Origin: Octopus vulgaris
Taxonomy: Eukaryota
Assembly (NCBI GenBank): GCA_951406725.2
Contig: OX597815.1
Coordinates: 155,806,001 to 155,870,000, forward strand
Length of the DNA stretch: 64,000 nucleotides
Reading direction: 5' to 3'
Shown: positions 26,542-39,637 of the stretch, in pieces
How the letters are laid out: the number at the start of each line of letters is the position of its first letter
Position numbering within the stretch: the stretch's first letter is position 1
Notes under the pieces: model-generated
Database searches by the model: none
What the model was told of the DNA's origin: nothing
Seen by the model: only the letters and a program-made list of their open reading frames with translations
Position numbers and translations under genes: made by a program

Positions 26542-28189
26542 ATTAAAAATGACTCTGAAGCTAGTGTAGCAGATTATTTCGCTGTAGTAGATACTCCAAC
26601 GCGCAAATTTACCATAAATAAAACCAAAGATAGTTCTCACATACATCTATTATAATGTCACATTAATCATACTGTTAAATGTCAGAGATCTGTTATAACT
26701 TATTAACAGAAGTACAACTCCTTACACGCGAGAACATTCCAGATACAATCAAGTAATATGCATGACATTTACAGAAACACATCTTGCAATTAACATAACA
26801 TGATGCATTCATACTAAAGTATGTCGTTTATTTGGTATTGTCACGAAAGAAAGATGTTATGGTAGAGCTATAATGTACATATATGTAGATGTATCGACTA
26901 TTAAATGCCTCAAATGATGGGAAACATTTGAAGTGATTCTTGAATAGATAGAACTGATATTAACCCAACTGGATCAATATTTTGATGTACTTCTCTTGGG
27001 TAACTTATATCTCTACAATCTCAAATGGTCTGTATGCCCCAGTTTCTGTGATATCTAACGAGAAGCAATAATACTCCAAATCTGTGCCATAAATAACACT
27101 GATCTCATCCATAATGTGAAGATGATGTCTACGAATTCCGTTGATGATAAAATGAAGAATTAACGATTAAAAATAATAGAATTAACAAATTGTAGACATG
27201 TACCTCAGGAAGCACTCGAATTTTATCCAGCTTAAATTTCACAAGAAATCAGTCCAGAAAATGATCTTTAGACGTAGCTGGCTTGACTGTCATTGTAAGA
27301 CAATGGTAGGAAACGTATTTGTGTTGATAAAGCAAGCTGTATGCATTAAATTTATTTTAAAGAGAAAGGCAAACATTCACAAAACTAGAGGCGAAATAAA
27401 AAGATCTCGGAGATTATCAAATGCTAAATCACAGAGATAAAGTTTGGGAGTTTTTTATTGGCTTGTTGAGTCTACAAGAAAGTGCCTTGCCTATGACTTT
27501 TGTAAGACCCTCAAGACTAATGAGTTTGATGCTATTAATGTTCTATTTAAATAATTGTAGCTCAATACCTGCGGCAAAGACATAAACAGGGAGAAAATTT
27601 CTGAGGACTGAGCATAATTTTTAGGTACCCCCATGGTGCAATACGTCAGATGTGATTTAAGAGGCTCAGTATGTTAGTTGTTTCTGTTACACTAAAATAA
27701 CCGCAACACTATTGAAAAGATATCATCATCTCAAATGTCAAATACACAACTACATTTATGTATTAACAGCGAAGTGTGTAGTTACATTTTATAAGAGAAG
27801 ATATCATATATCTTTGCTAAACGTTTGCACAAATAAAAATACACTAAAAATATATATTGATCACCATATGAAAAATTTTTTACTAAAAACATTTTTACTG
27901 GCAGATGATTAGAAAAATAGATATACAAGTTCATAGGCAGTTATAAAAACAAATACATATGCATAATATATCATAAATGCAGACTATTATGTATGTATTA
28001 TATATGCCCAAGATGCCACTCAATGAAACCGAACCATGTGGTTAGGAAGCAAGCTTTTTACCACATAACACAGATGCCGCGAGGTATATATATATATATA
28101 TTAACAGGATCAAGTTCATCAGTCTTGGGGGGGTCTTGAAAAAGTCGTGGACGAGGCTCTTTCCTTTAGACTCAATAAGCAAAAAAAAA

Positions 28190-28590
28190 AAAAACAGATT
28201 TTATTTCTGTCTTTTTACTTAATTCATTAGACCTTGGCCGTGCTGGAACACCACTTTCAAGAATTTTTGTTGAATTAGTCGACCGCAGTACGTTTTTTTT
28301 ATGCCTGACACTTACTCTTTTGGTTTCTTTTGCTGAACCTCTAGCATACGGGGACGTAAACATACTAACACCGCTTGTCAAATGGTGGCGATGGACTAGC
28401 ACTGGCACAAAGACACACAAAAACACACATGTATGCGACGGGCTTCTTTCAGTTTCCGTCTAGTAAATTCACTCACAAGGATTTGGCCGGCCCGAGGCTA
28501 AAGTAGAAGACACTTGCATAAGGTGCCGCGCAGTGAGATTGAACCATATGTTTGGGAAGCAAGCTTTTTGCCACATACCACAGAGGCCGC
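28190..28590 (-). mobile_element. SINE family B, diverged copy
   Basis: Reverse complement of 60466-60860. Confidence 0.75.
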
Positions 28591-28817
28591 GAGGTATTTA
28601 GCTTGAGAATCCAATCGTCGCTGGTATTTTATTTATTTACTTTGAAAAGATGAAAGCCAAAGCTGACTGCAGCAGATTTGAACTCACTGTGCTGCCTGTC
28701 AGAACAGATACAGTTAGACATTCTGTAATGCTCTAACAATTCCTGCATTTCCATCATGCACACACTATTTACTGCTTAACGTGTTTCTCAGTAATTCCCA
28801 ACATATCCCACATACCT

Positions 28818-30448
28818 GTGAAATCTCGTATCGTGTTTTGTGTGATTTGTGTGTTTTTTTAAGGTTGTTTTGTGCTGCTTTGCAGCGGTCCTTTGGTTGT
28901 GCTTCTATCTGTTTTAGGGAGAGCAGGGTATGGCAATGAAAGGAATGTTCTATTCGAACCTTTGTGATTTCGAATTATCTTATTCGGAGGAGGAGCTTAT
29001 AATGGCAGTGGACAGAAAGGATAAGCATTTGGAAAGAAAAAGCTTTGCTGAAGTGACGGACTGCAAAAAATGGAAGTGAACTTAAGAAATATAGAAAAGT
29101 ATGGAAGAATGGCTCACAGAATAGGGGGTGACGTTAAGTTGTAACCACCACAAAAGATATTGGAAGAAATGGACAAAAGAAAAACAGTTTACAAGGTATA
29201 TTCTGGGAAAGAAAAGAAAATAGTACATGTGGAGTCTGAAGAAATAGAAAGGACATTATGCACAATATGGCAAGATATAGTATACCTGGCGAGAGGCAAC
29301 AAATATGGAACTATTGTGGTCCATTTTAAGACAGAAGCAAAAACGAAGGAACATGCCAAAACTACAGTGAAATCGGAAAACTAGTCCTTCTACCTACTTA
29401 TCTTGGAAGAAGTTTCAAGCTTAGGGTAGAAGGAATCCCGCCGGACATAGATGTGGCTTGGGTTGCGGCGGCTGTTCTTCTAGGAAGTAAGGAAGAAACA
29501 GCCGTCCTCCAAGTCACAGAAACAGTAAATTCGATTTGGAAAGGCAAAACAATGGACCTAATTATACAGGCTACAGTGGAAACATTGGAAGGTTTGGTGG
29601 AGACAGTAACAATAGGAAATATGATTTTGAGAGTGTAGGCACATGGTAGAATGCTTCGTTGTTTTATATGTGGCCAAAAAGGCCACATTAGAGCACACTA
29701 CCCTTTATAGAAGCAAGGAGGTCGGTCAGGAGGAAGATGGAAAGGAGCCGGAGAAGGAGCAGGTACAAGAGAAAGAAAAGAAAAATGTAGAAGAGTGGAC
29801 AGTAGCAGAAGGAAGAAAGCGGAAGAAAGGACAGTGTGAAGTGGAACCCTAAACCATACCCACCCCAACCATTCCCTCTCAGACCCATTCATCCCCACAG
29901 ACACCAAACCCACCCATTCCCCTCTTACATAGAGCAAAAGGAAAAAAGAAAAACGGACATACCAGAATGCACAAAATTCCCCTCCCAGTGATAATTGATA
30001 CGTATGTATGATGACGAAAGATATAGACAAAGAATTGCTTAACAAGATAAAGTGGAAAACTGCTAAATCTATTAACGTAGAAGGTTGTACAAGCATAATA
30101 GGATGGCACTCGTGTGTGATGGTGACAGAAAGTCAAAAGGAAGAAATAGTGAAATTTAAGAAAGGACAGAAGTGTTGGAAGGTAATTGCTGATCTAAAAA
30201 CGATACCGGACAATGTGAGATACGAGGTGCTAGTGGAGGAATATGGCATAGATATTCTGAAAGACTTGTAGTACAAAAGACAAAAGGAAGTAGGCGCAAA
30301 CAGCACATTTTCATTATTCATTTTCATATTATAATTCATGTTATCATAAGTTTTAATTTTTATTTTTCAGTTTTATTTATTTTTTCATGTTATGTGTCCC
30401 CACATATATTGTCCCCTCTGCGTTGGCTCCTTGTGGGCAATAAAACAC
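28818..30448 (+). mobile_element. ORF1-only non-LTR retroelement (Tx1/L1-type ORF1 with CCHC knuckle), 22-bp TSD
   Basis: Perfect direct repeat TCCCAACATATCCCACATACCT at 28796-28817 and 30449-30470. Disrupted ORF from ATG 28930 with KSFAEV, RRM-like GTIVVHFKTE and LRVEGIPPDI, LRV*AHGRMLRCFICGQKGHIRAHYP (CCHC knuckle, last Cys lost) and EWTVAEGRKRKK. T-rich 3' UTR and AATAAA at 30439. No APE or RT motifs. Confidence 0.85.
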
Positions 30449-31434
30449 TCCCAACATATCCCACATACCTCATGGCACTTGTTTGACTGCTTGACTGAAC
30501 ATCTTTAAGATATCTGTTGTTTTGATAATGAACTCCTCATTCTACACTATTTATGTTCTGCGATTCACTCAACTCGGCATCACTCAGTGGCCGGTGTAGA
30601 TCTACACCATGGTTCCATAGATCTTCGTCTCTAACGCAAAGGGTATTGAATTTAATTTTGCACAATTGCACTCTTCTTTTTCTTTAACACGCACTTCAAC
30701 ATCTTATACACACGATATACAAACATACATACCGATTCACAACAAAAAGCACCCAAAACGACATAGACTACACAGTCACATAAAAGTACCTCTTTATCTT
30801 CTCCCACAGGTACACCCATAGCGCAAGCACAATCGGTAACTTATATTCACTCTCCATATCACTTACACTTCTCCTAACATACACCAATCAACAAACACTG
30901 TCGAAAGGCATTTACACAGCTGGTATGCACACACACACACGCGTGTACACAAATGCATACATGTCCCAAGAGTATATTTATGCATACATCCACAAATAAT
31001 AGGCCTCAAACACTGGGTTCGGAATATATACACAACAATAAACACACATATGCGTATACATCGCATACACAAATTTCGTACCTTCACACCCATTCATACT
31101 AACTCATATATGAAGGGTTCAAAATACACACACGAACATGGAAAGAAGCATGCACAAATATGCTTTAAAGCACACGGACACACAGATGCATGCACAAACT
31201 CTTTTGAAACCAACTCTCTTCTGTGTTACCTCTGGTCATTCGACCATTGCCATTTTCACCCACTATTTCTGTTTCTTCTTCCCTAGCTCTATACATTCCC
31301 CTTCTAACTGCTTAACTTTCCGAAGAACTAATGAGCGTCAAAAACACTTCTACTTTCTAACCTCTCGTTGAAAGTCAAACTCATAATTATATTATCACTT
31401 TGTTTTCGCATTGTTATACCCATCATTAATTTTG

Positions 31435-31490
<56 letters not shown>

Positions 31491-34400
31491 AAATCAGTCA
31501 ATTACAGTTCAATGTTATTTCAGTTTTAGCCCCCTTAGGATTGATAACATACGTATTAATCATGTACTACGATCTATACAATCGACATTTACTCCTGCTA
31601 AATTTGAGATCCCACACAATTGTAAATAATCACTCAATACATACACACACACACACACACATGCACGTGCTCATACAAATATGTATATGTGTGAGCATGA
31701 TTGTTCTTTTATTTCCTTCCAAGTCTAAGAATATGAAATAATCCTAAGGGAAATTGATTATATTTCAACATCTCACTAGTTGCCATTCCTGTGAGAGTGT
31801 AAAATTCATTACAGTTAGATGTATGTTTATGTGTTCGTTTTTCTTTTTATTGGAAAATATTAAAAAAATTTCTTAAATAGCGACGAGAAAGTTAGATTCT
31901 CTTAATGATATATTTCATTTTCTGCTAGTTTTAACTTGAAGGGAAATGCATCATCTTAAAGCAACGTATGGATTTTTAAAATTTAGTGTGACTTTTACTT
32001 AAAACTTCCAGATTTATAAAATAAAAAAAAATAAAAATGTATGACGCTTATATATTTTTTGTAGACACTAATTTCCTAAGTGAAATGAATTGCCTCTAGT
32101 TGGCAATCGAAAGCGGTTGCAGACTTTCTTTTGCCACTTGAGTCTTTTTTATTGCATATGAAATTCTTTGAAGGCAATGAATAAACTACAGATCGCTACG
32201 ATATATTGCTATTGACTCTTCAAGGGTTTGGACAATAAATTTGAAGTCTAGCAGTATTTGAAATTGAAATGCACTAAAAACTATTAGTAAATTTGATCAG
32301 AATATACTAAATACTGTATGATATTCGCTGTATGATACCCGCTGCATTCTGCTTTTAATTAAAATTCTGGGCTAGTCTCTTTTTTTTTTTTTACTGGAAC
32401 GAATCATTAAGTAATTGAATTTTAATATTATTGGTGTGGTTTTAATTAATTAAAATTCTTCGAAGAAAGCAGTCAGTGCACTCTGTAAAGTAGTTGGCGT
32501 TAGGAAGGGTACTCAACCGTTGAAGCCATGTCAAAGCAAACATTGGAGCACAGGGTAGTTTTCGTCGGACCATGCTAAATCTTCCAACTCATGCCAGCTT
32601 GGATGATGGGCGTTAACGAGCATGTTCCTAAGTACAGCATGGTTTTATATTATATATGGAATTCTCACGTTGCTACCAGGAGAGGTGTGTCGTCAGTCAT
32701 AGTTACCCCAGTAGAATGACAAGGGTGGAAAACTAATATCAAACCAATGTAGTGCGTTGCCAAACCAGCTATGGTAAAACATTCACCACAATCAGTGTTC
32801 TTCTTAGTGCTTTATCGTTCGTCACCAAATTTTTTCAATGATTTTGTTATATAAAAGTATAGTCACTTTCTCTACAACATTACTTCAGAAATATGTGTTA
32901 CAGTTTGAGGACTAGATAGTTAGGAAATGACTTGGTTATGAGCATGAATCAGTGAGAAGCTAACTCATTTCCTTGTGACCACACAGTCTGTTAGTGATGG
33001 CAGCTAAATCTTTCTCAGTGACAATTGTTTTAGCCATTGATACGTATCAGTGATGGGGTAGCTCAGTACTTTGTGGTCACTCGCCTACTGGAAGCAACAA
33101 CTAAATCTCCTCCAAATAATACCGCTCTACTGTGTCTGCCTTAAACTCTACCATACGAAACGGACGAAAAGAAATAATTCAATTGGCCTAATGATGTACT
33201 GAATGATCTACACACAAACATACTTTCAAGGAACTGAAATTCGCCTCTTATTTCAGGAAACAAAATAAAAGCATGATACTATCTGTTAGAACGGGCAATT
33301 TATTCAAGAAATGAAAATTTCATTCCATCAAAAATTAAATTTTCCTGCCCAGTAGGGAAAAAATGTTTGCTAGTATGTGCCAAGAGAAAACTACAGACAG
33401 GTTTTGGGCGTTAGGCATAATCAGTTGAGCATAGTCTAACCAAACCTATTTCAGTAAGCTGACAGCGGTTTTTACTTGTAAGAAGAGCTGCGAAGATTTG
33501 TTACCATAATTACAGAAAGTGAGCTAAGAGAAATAAAATGGGCCAACGAGTTGGTGTACACTAAAAATTAGTTATGAATTGAAAACTATTTTTTTTTTAT
33601 TTGGAAGAACGAACAGAAACTTAAAAGTAATTCTTTGCTACTACCAAAGAAAAGGGAAATAATTTCAAGAATTACTTTTAAAATATTGTTTCAGAGAAAA
33701 TTGAATGTTCATACTGAAAGTAAAAATCTGATTTTTGTTGATGACAGGAACAGTTATGCTTTAATCTTAAATCTCATCATTACAGAACTGTGCAATCACT
33801 CCAGCCTTTACCATTCGGCAGAAATTTTCAAATTTGACAAATGACTGTTTAAACTTCAGTGAAGGGAATTGAAAATATCACAAAGTGTCGTGGTCCAACG
33901 GGAGAGCGTTTACGCAGTTTATCGAGCTATCAGAAATAACCAAACTTCTCTCAAATGATACGCAACCGTATTAAACAAAGAATGGTATATTGGATGATGT
34001 TTTCTTACATGCCTCTAAATACGGGATGGTCATGAAAGGAATGCTTATCAGGGTTAATCTTGAGTTAAGTAGCAACAAAACAAGTCATCATCATATAATG
34101 AAAGTATCGTTTCTTTGTCTTCTTGAAGTGTATCGAGAGCAAGTCATCTGGCAAAATATAAATCGCTGACATCGATAAAGTAAAATCACTTAATGGATAA
34201 TGAAGTCAAACGACCTAAACAGAAATCGAATCCGTACCTCAGACTCAGTTTTACGGAATTTTACCATTATTCTCCAACATGCAATAAGATAAACTTAACT
34301 GAAGAAATAATTGCATGCAGTACTTATCTGTGGTCATATTGGTGACTTTGACGAAAAAAATTGCTTGTTAAAAATAGTTTAGAAATTTGATAAATTGCAT

Positions 34401-37217
34401 GACGAAATGGACATTTTATGTAAGAACATAGAATTTATAATGAACAATTGAATCGATAAGAAAACAACTGCTAACAATTATATTTCCTATAAAAAATTAT
34501 ATTTTCTATCAGCAATAAAAGCCAGCTGTATACTAATTTTGGCAAAGCAAATTCTAAATATTAATTTGATACAAGTGTAACAGTGTTTATTTCTGTTTAG
34601 TCTCATAAAACATATTAATATCCTACTTATAAACTACTAAAGCCACATGTGCGACTGCAGTTATTTCGTTTTGTCACTGATATATTTACAACATTTTACA
34701 TGTATTTTCCATTTATTTTAGCTGTTATGCCTCAACGATGGTTCTTTAACACTCCTTACTAATTTCCTGCTGCTTTAATTAAAACTATACACAGACAAAA
34801 CAAAACTACTTCCAATCTATTCTCCTCTACTCTTGCCTCATCGCTCTATTTACACATTGGCAAAGTGAAATAGCTTTTATTACTCAAATCCAATGACAGG
34901 TCTTAATGATGTGCCTTCAGTTACTATCACCACGCCATAGTTGTTCTACCATCATTAAATTCATCAAATTTTCTGTCATTGAACCCTACTGTCCCCGAAA
35001 CAAGCCTCTCTGAACCTGCCATCAACCAAGCCATCCAACTTCTAAGATAAGCTTTAAAAAACGAATGATGCTTACACTTTCCTCCTACAACACGCATCAA
35101 TGAACTTTCGTATCTGGAAGCTACAGCTAAAGCAAAGATTTTTAGCATTTTAAAAAGCAAATCCGTCGCCCGTGTCTGGTTTAAAACCTCCTGATTCAGT
35201 TATTGCTTGATGATATACTCCACCTTTTTTTCAATTTCTCGATCGAAAACTTCACGTTTAACAAATACTCCATTATAAAGTACGCCGAAAAACGTATCCC
35301 AGAGTAACAGCTATCAGCTTCGCTACCCGAAAGTTCAGTGTTTTCTTCTGTTTTTATATCATGTACACGTTGATATTTCTGCTCTTACACATCCCTATTT
35401 ACACATCCTAAAGATAGCGTAGTCGACATGGCATCTCATGTGGAATCTGCTACCCTAAATGGTAATATGACAACCTAATACCCTTCAGCAGCATTAAAAC
35501 AAAAATGCTACACATATCAAAAGAGATTTTTGTACTACGCCATATCTACAACAATCTAAAACTGTCTGGAATTCACTGCCAGTAAACAAACATATTTACA
35601 AAAATTAAAGCTGAACATTAACTGCATCGATTTTCTGCTGTCGGAATGTCAGTACCAATCATAATCATCCCCGCTACCCCTTCCGACTAAATGTATCAAA
35701 AGCATATTAAATATCAGAATTGTGGATAAAGTTACTTGCGGTGTGTGTTGTACATTCAAAATGCGTGTTTGTTTTTAGAAATATATTTCAGTGTAGTCGT
35801 TTAAGGAACAGTTTGCTGATGTAAACTGTAAAAATATTCGAGTAAAAAGAAAATGAGAAGTGATAAAGATGTAATAATTGGTGGATGATGAAGGACTTGG
35901 GGAGTCGACTGCAGAAGATTGCTTGCTAGAACACATTTCGCATAAGTGTTTCCAAGCACTCTGGTCGTACGCACATACATACAATGTATGTATGTGTGTG
36001 ACAACGGAACATGTGACATTTTGTTCACGGCTAAAATTAAAAATGTAAAACATAAGTTTTCATGATTTTCTGGTTAATTTTAAAAAAAAATTCTTTATCA
36101 TATTGTTGCTGATTATTTGATAAAAAAAAATTCTTAGAGTTTGTATGTGAAATTCTTTCTCATTAACAACTTGTACCTCAACAATTTTCTTGATGCATTT
36201 TTTTCTGTTTGAGTTACAGCGCATAATTTCCAAAGAAAGCTAAAAACAAATCTATAAGAAAACAAGATCATGTCGCCATTTTGCTTGTGAAAGAAAAAAA
36301 TATCTATTATTGATAAAGAGCAGAAATATATCGTGTTGTTAGCTATTCTGTAAATGAATGGATAAGAAATATCCAAATGTGCTTAACAAAAACATATGGT
36401 TTCTTGTATTTCTTGATAAGTTGTTTGAATCTAATAATAGATAAGTTAAAACTACAATGAACAACAATCGTTGTTTAACGTTTGGATGTATTCTCATTGC
36501 ATGCTGTATAAAATGAGAATATAATGAACATTTAAAAGTGTTGGTTTTCCTATTTTTCAGGTGTCTGGTAAAGAAAAATTGGCAAGAATAATACACATTA
36601 AAAAAAAAAGATGTCAAATAATTTTTTAAAGATAATTTCAACCAGAATTATTTACTATATTGTTCACAATACAGAGGGGATTTGAATTTTTCGATAAATC
36701 AGGTTTATCTTTTGGCTTGTACGAATAATTTTCTAAAATAATAGATATAAAAATAGAAAATAAATATTGATATATTATTTGTAGCTAAAAAGGCTTTATA
36801 TTTTAGAAGAAAACATGAAGCATGCCTATCATTATCGAGTTTATGCTTTCGAAAAAGGTATCGTTGATATAATGAACTGAAATGGTTTCAACATAAAAAC
36901 AAGGATCCTCTTCATAGACACTCAATCGACAAGAAATAACAGCAAACTTGCAGCAAAATCACAAAACAGTATTAAGACAATGGAAGAGATATGTGTATAA
37001 AGGATAATGTAGTGTGTATATTCTATTTCTTTAAACTATGTGGTCTAGCTCCGGAAATACGGGAAGATTAAATCATATTGTACAGCTTTTTAAAAAAATT
37101 CTATTCCACTCATAGTTCCTTATTGTTATTACCCAGCCTTCATTACACAGCTACAATTTACATAAATGTCGTACAAAACATATATGCAAGAAATGGAACC
37201 CAAATATCTCTCTATTT

Positions 37218-37570
37218 CAGATGTTCTCAACCTGGGTCCGTATGGCTCCTGAAGCTCCATATAAAATTTTGGCGAGGTCCACGCGATAAAATAGCAAATT
37301 AGGCATACAAAAAGTATTTTAAGGGACCCTCAAATAATTTTGCTCTAGATGTCTGTACTGGTACGTATTCCAAAAAACATCCAGGTTTTTTTCCTTCTCT
37401 AACATTTTGCATAATTTAACCTACACAAATAAATGTCTGAAAAATAAGATAGGAATTTTGAAAGAAGTATGTATGAACTTAGTTTTTAACCATCGAATGG
37501 TTATGGGGGTCCATCGGAATAAAACAGTTGTCAAAGGGGTCCATAGATAAAAAGTGGTTGAGAACCCCTG
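37218..37570. mobile_element. hAT-type (Charlie-like) MITE
   Basis: TIRs CAGATGTTCTCAACC / GGTTGAGAACCCCTG. 8-bp TSD CTCTATTT (37210-37217) / CTCTATAT (37571-37578). Confidence 0.85.
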
Positions 37571-37885
37571 CTCTATATTCTTAAAGATGACCGGGTGATC
37601 ATAGTTTGAAAGGTTTTGATTATAAGTCTGCTCATTAAGGGTAACATGGAATTAAACAGCAACAATCACTGATAATTATATAAACACTAAAGATATGAAG
37701 GGTGAAGGTCATCCCAAGTGACATTTGTATCAGAATGCAAAGGAACGAAATTGAAATAAGTTCTGTAAACTATCTGTTCAAGCACTGTAATGTTTCTGTT
37801 TCAATGCTGTGCTAACATAGTATTGCGATTAAAACGAAACTTAATAATACAGACTTACTTAAAAGGGGACTATTACCAAATTATA

Positions 37886-38090
37886 ATTTGGCACAAGGCC
37901 AGCAATTTGAAGGGGGCAAGTCGATTATATCGATCCCAAAACTTGACTGGCTCTTATTTCGTTGAACCCGAAAGGATGAAAGGCAAAGTTGAGTTTGATG
38001 AGCTTTGGACTTAGAACTTAAAGATCCAGAAGAAATGCTGCTAAACAACATTTTGTCCGACGTGCTTATGAATCTCTCAGCTCGCCGTCT
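37886..38090 (-). mobile_element. SINE family A, diverged copy
   Basis: GGCACAAGGCCAGCAATTT...GAAAGGATGAAAGGCAAAGTTGA...CAGCTCGCC is the reverse complement of family A with the alternative tail. Similar copies at ~19360-19520, 24355-24500, 24575-24760, 46095-46292 and, on the plus strand, 51225-51430. Confidence 0.75.
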
Positions 38091-39109
38091 TAGGGACTAC
38101 TTCTAAATGTTTTGTTTTTACTATTTGTATCACTCACATGAGTATACATTCCCATATATACAAGTCATACCATTCCAATTAGCTAAAGTTTGGTGCTTAG
38201 CCAGGACATTAATTGTTTTAAAGGAAAAATGTACAAGGTGACCTATGACCGAGGGAATAAGTTATTTGTTTTAGTACACCGTAGCTTCTATTTTTTTTAT
38301 CGTGCGCGAGTTATGTATTCCTTACGATTGCATTCTGTTAGCAACCTTACTCCTTGTTTAATAAAAGAGTTAACTACAACCAGTGGAAAAGAACAAGAAA
38401 ACAAACGTAAATACTTTTGTTCTGCAGTTTTAGAAATAAATACAGTAGTTACAGAGCACCAATAATATTTATAAAGCTGGAAACATGAAAGTACATGTAA
38501 AATTTTGCAGTCTATCTCTTCAACGATGAAGCATTCTGTGAATTCATTAAGGTCAAGTTACTAGAAGTACTGGAGATAAATATATTTCATTAATATTGAC
38601 CTTTAACAAGTGGAATAACTATTAACCTTTTAAGCACTTTCGGTTTTTGTTTTTCAAAAGATACCTTTGATTGAATCAAGATTGTATTATACAGTTTCAA
38701 AGTTTGAATTGGGACCTTTGCAAAAGAATCCAACTTTTCTTTTGTCATTGTGTTCAAATCTTTATAGTTTTGTTATGTATGAAGCTAACATTCTGAAACG
38801 TGTACCGCAGTCATCATCAGTGTTTTGCTGTTGTTGTTTATCAAACTAACCAAGCAGATCTACGATCAAAACATTCGAACAGTAACTATCTTGCCTTCCT
38901 TTTCCTGATGTGTGTATCTAAGACTTTATTATTCATTGTAACTATGAAAAATGACTAGCACTTAGAACAGTGGACATCACAGCAGCTGTGGTTTAATACA
39001 AACTCGAAAGTTTTCATTAAGCTGCTGTCTCATATTAGACTCGACTGTTCTGATTTATTGGTAAGACGTAAACATTTATTGAATAGAGTTGAATAATTCT
39101 ACCTTCTGA

Positions 39110-39637
39110 TGTGGCGAGCTGGCAGAAGCGTTAGAAATGCTTAGCAGTATTTCGTCTGCAGCTACGTTCTGAGTTCAAATTCCGACGAGGTCGACTTTGC
39201 CTTTCATCCTTTCGAGGTCGATTAAATAAGTACCAGTTACGCACTGGGGTCGATATAATCGACTTAATCCGTTTGTCTGTCCTTGTTTGTCCTCTCTTTG
39301 TTGAGCCCCTTGTGGATAGTAAAGAAATAAGTATTTCGTCTGTCTTTATCTTTTGAGTTCAAATTCCGTCGAGGTCGACTTTACCCTTTATCCTTTCGGG
39401 GTCGATAAATTAGGTACCAGTTGTGTACTGGGGTGATGTAATCGAGTGATCCACTCCCAGAAAATTTCGGGCCTTGTGCCTAAAGTAGAAAAGAATCGTT
39501 AGCACGCCGGGTAAAATGCTTAGTGGCGTTTTATTGATTTTCATATTCATGAATACCAGTTGAGCATTGAAGTCGATGTAAACGACGTACCCCTACCCTG
39601 AAATTGCTGGCATTGTGTCAAAATTTGAAACCAATAT
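39110..39637 (+). mobile_element. SINE family A composite (nested/concatemeric) with 13-bp TSD
   Basis: TTCTACCTTCTGA (39097-39109) and TTCTATCTTCTGA (39638-39650) flank the composite. Internal restarts at ~39331 (GTATTTCGTC) and ~39492 (AGAATCGTTAGCACGCC). Confidence 0.85.
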
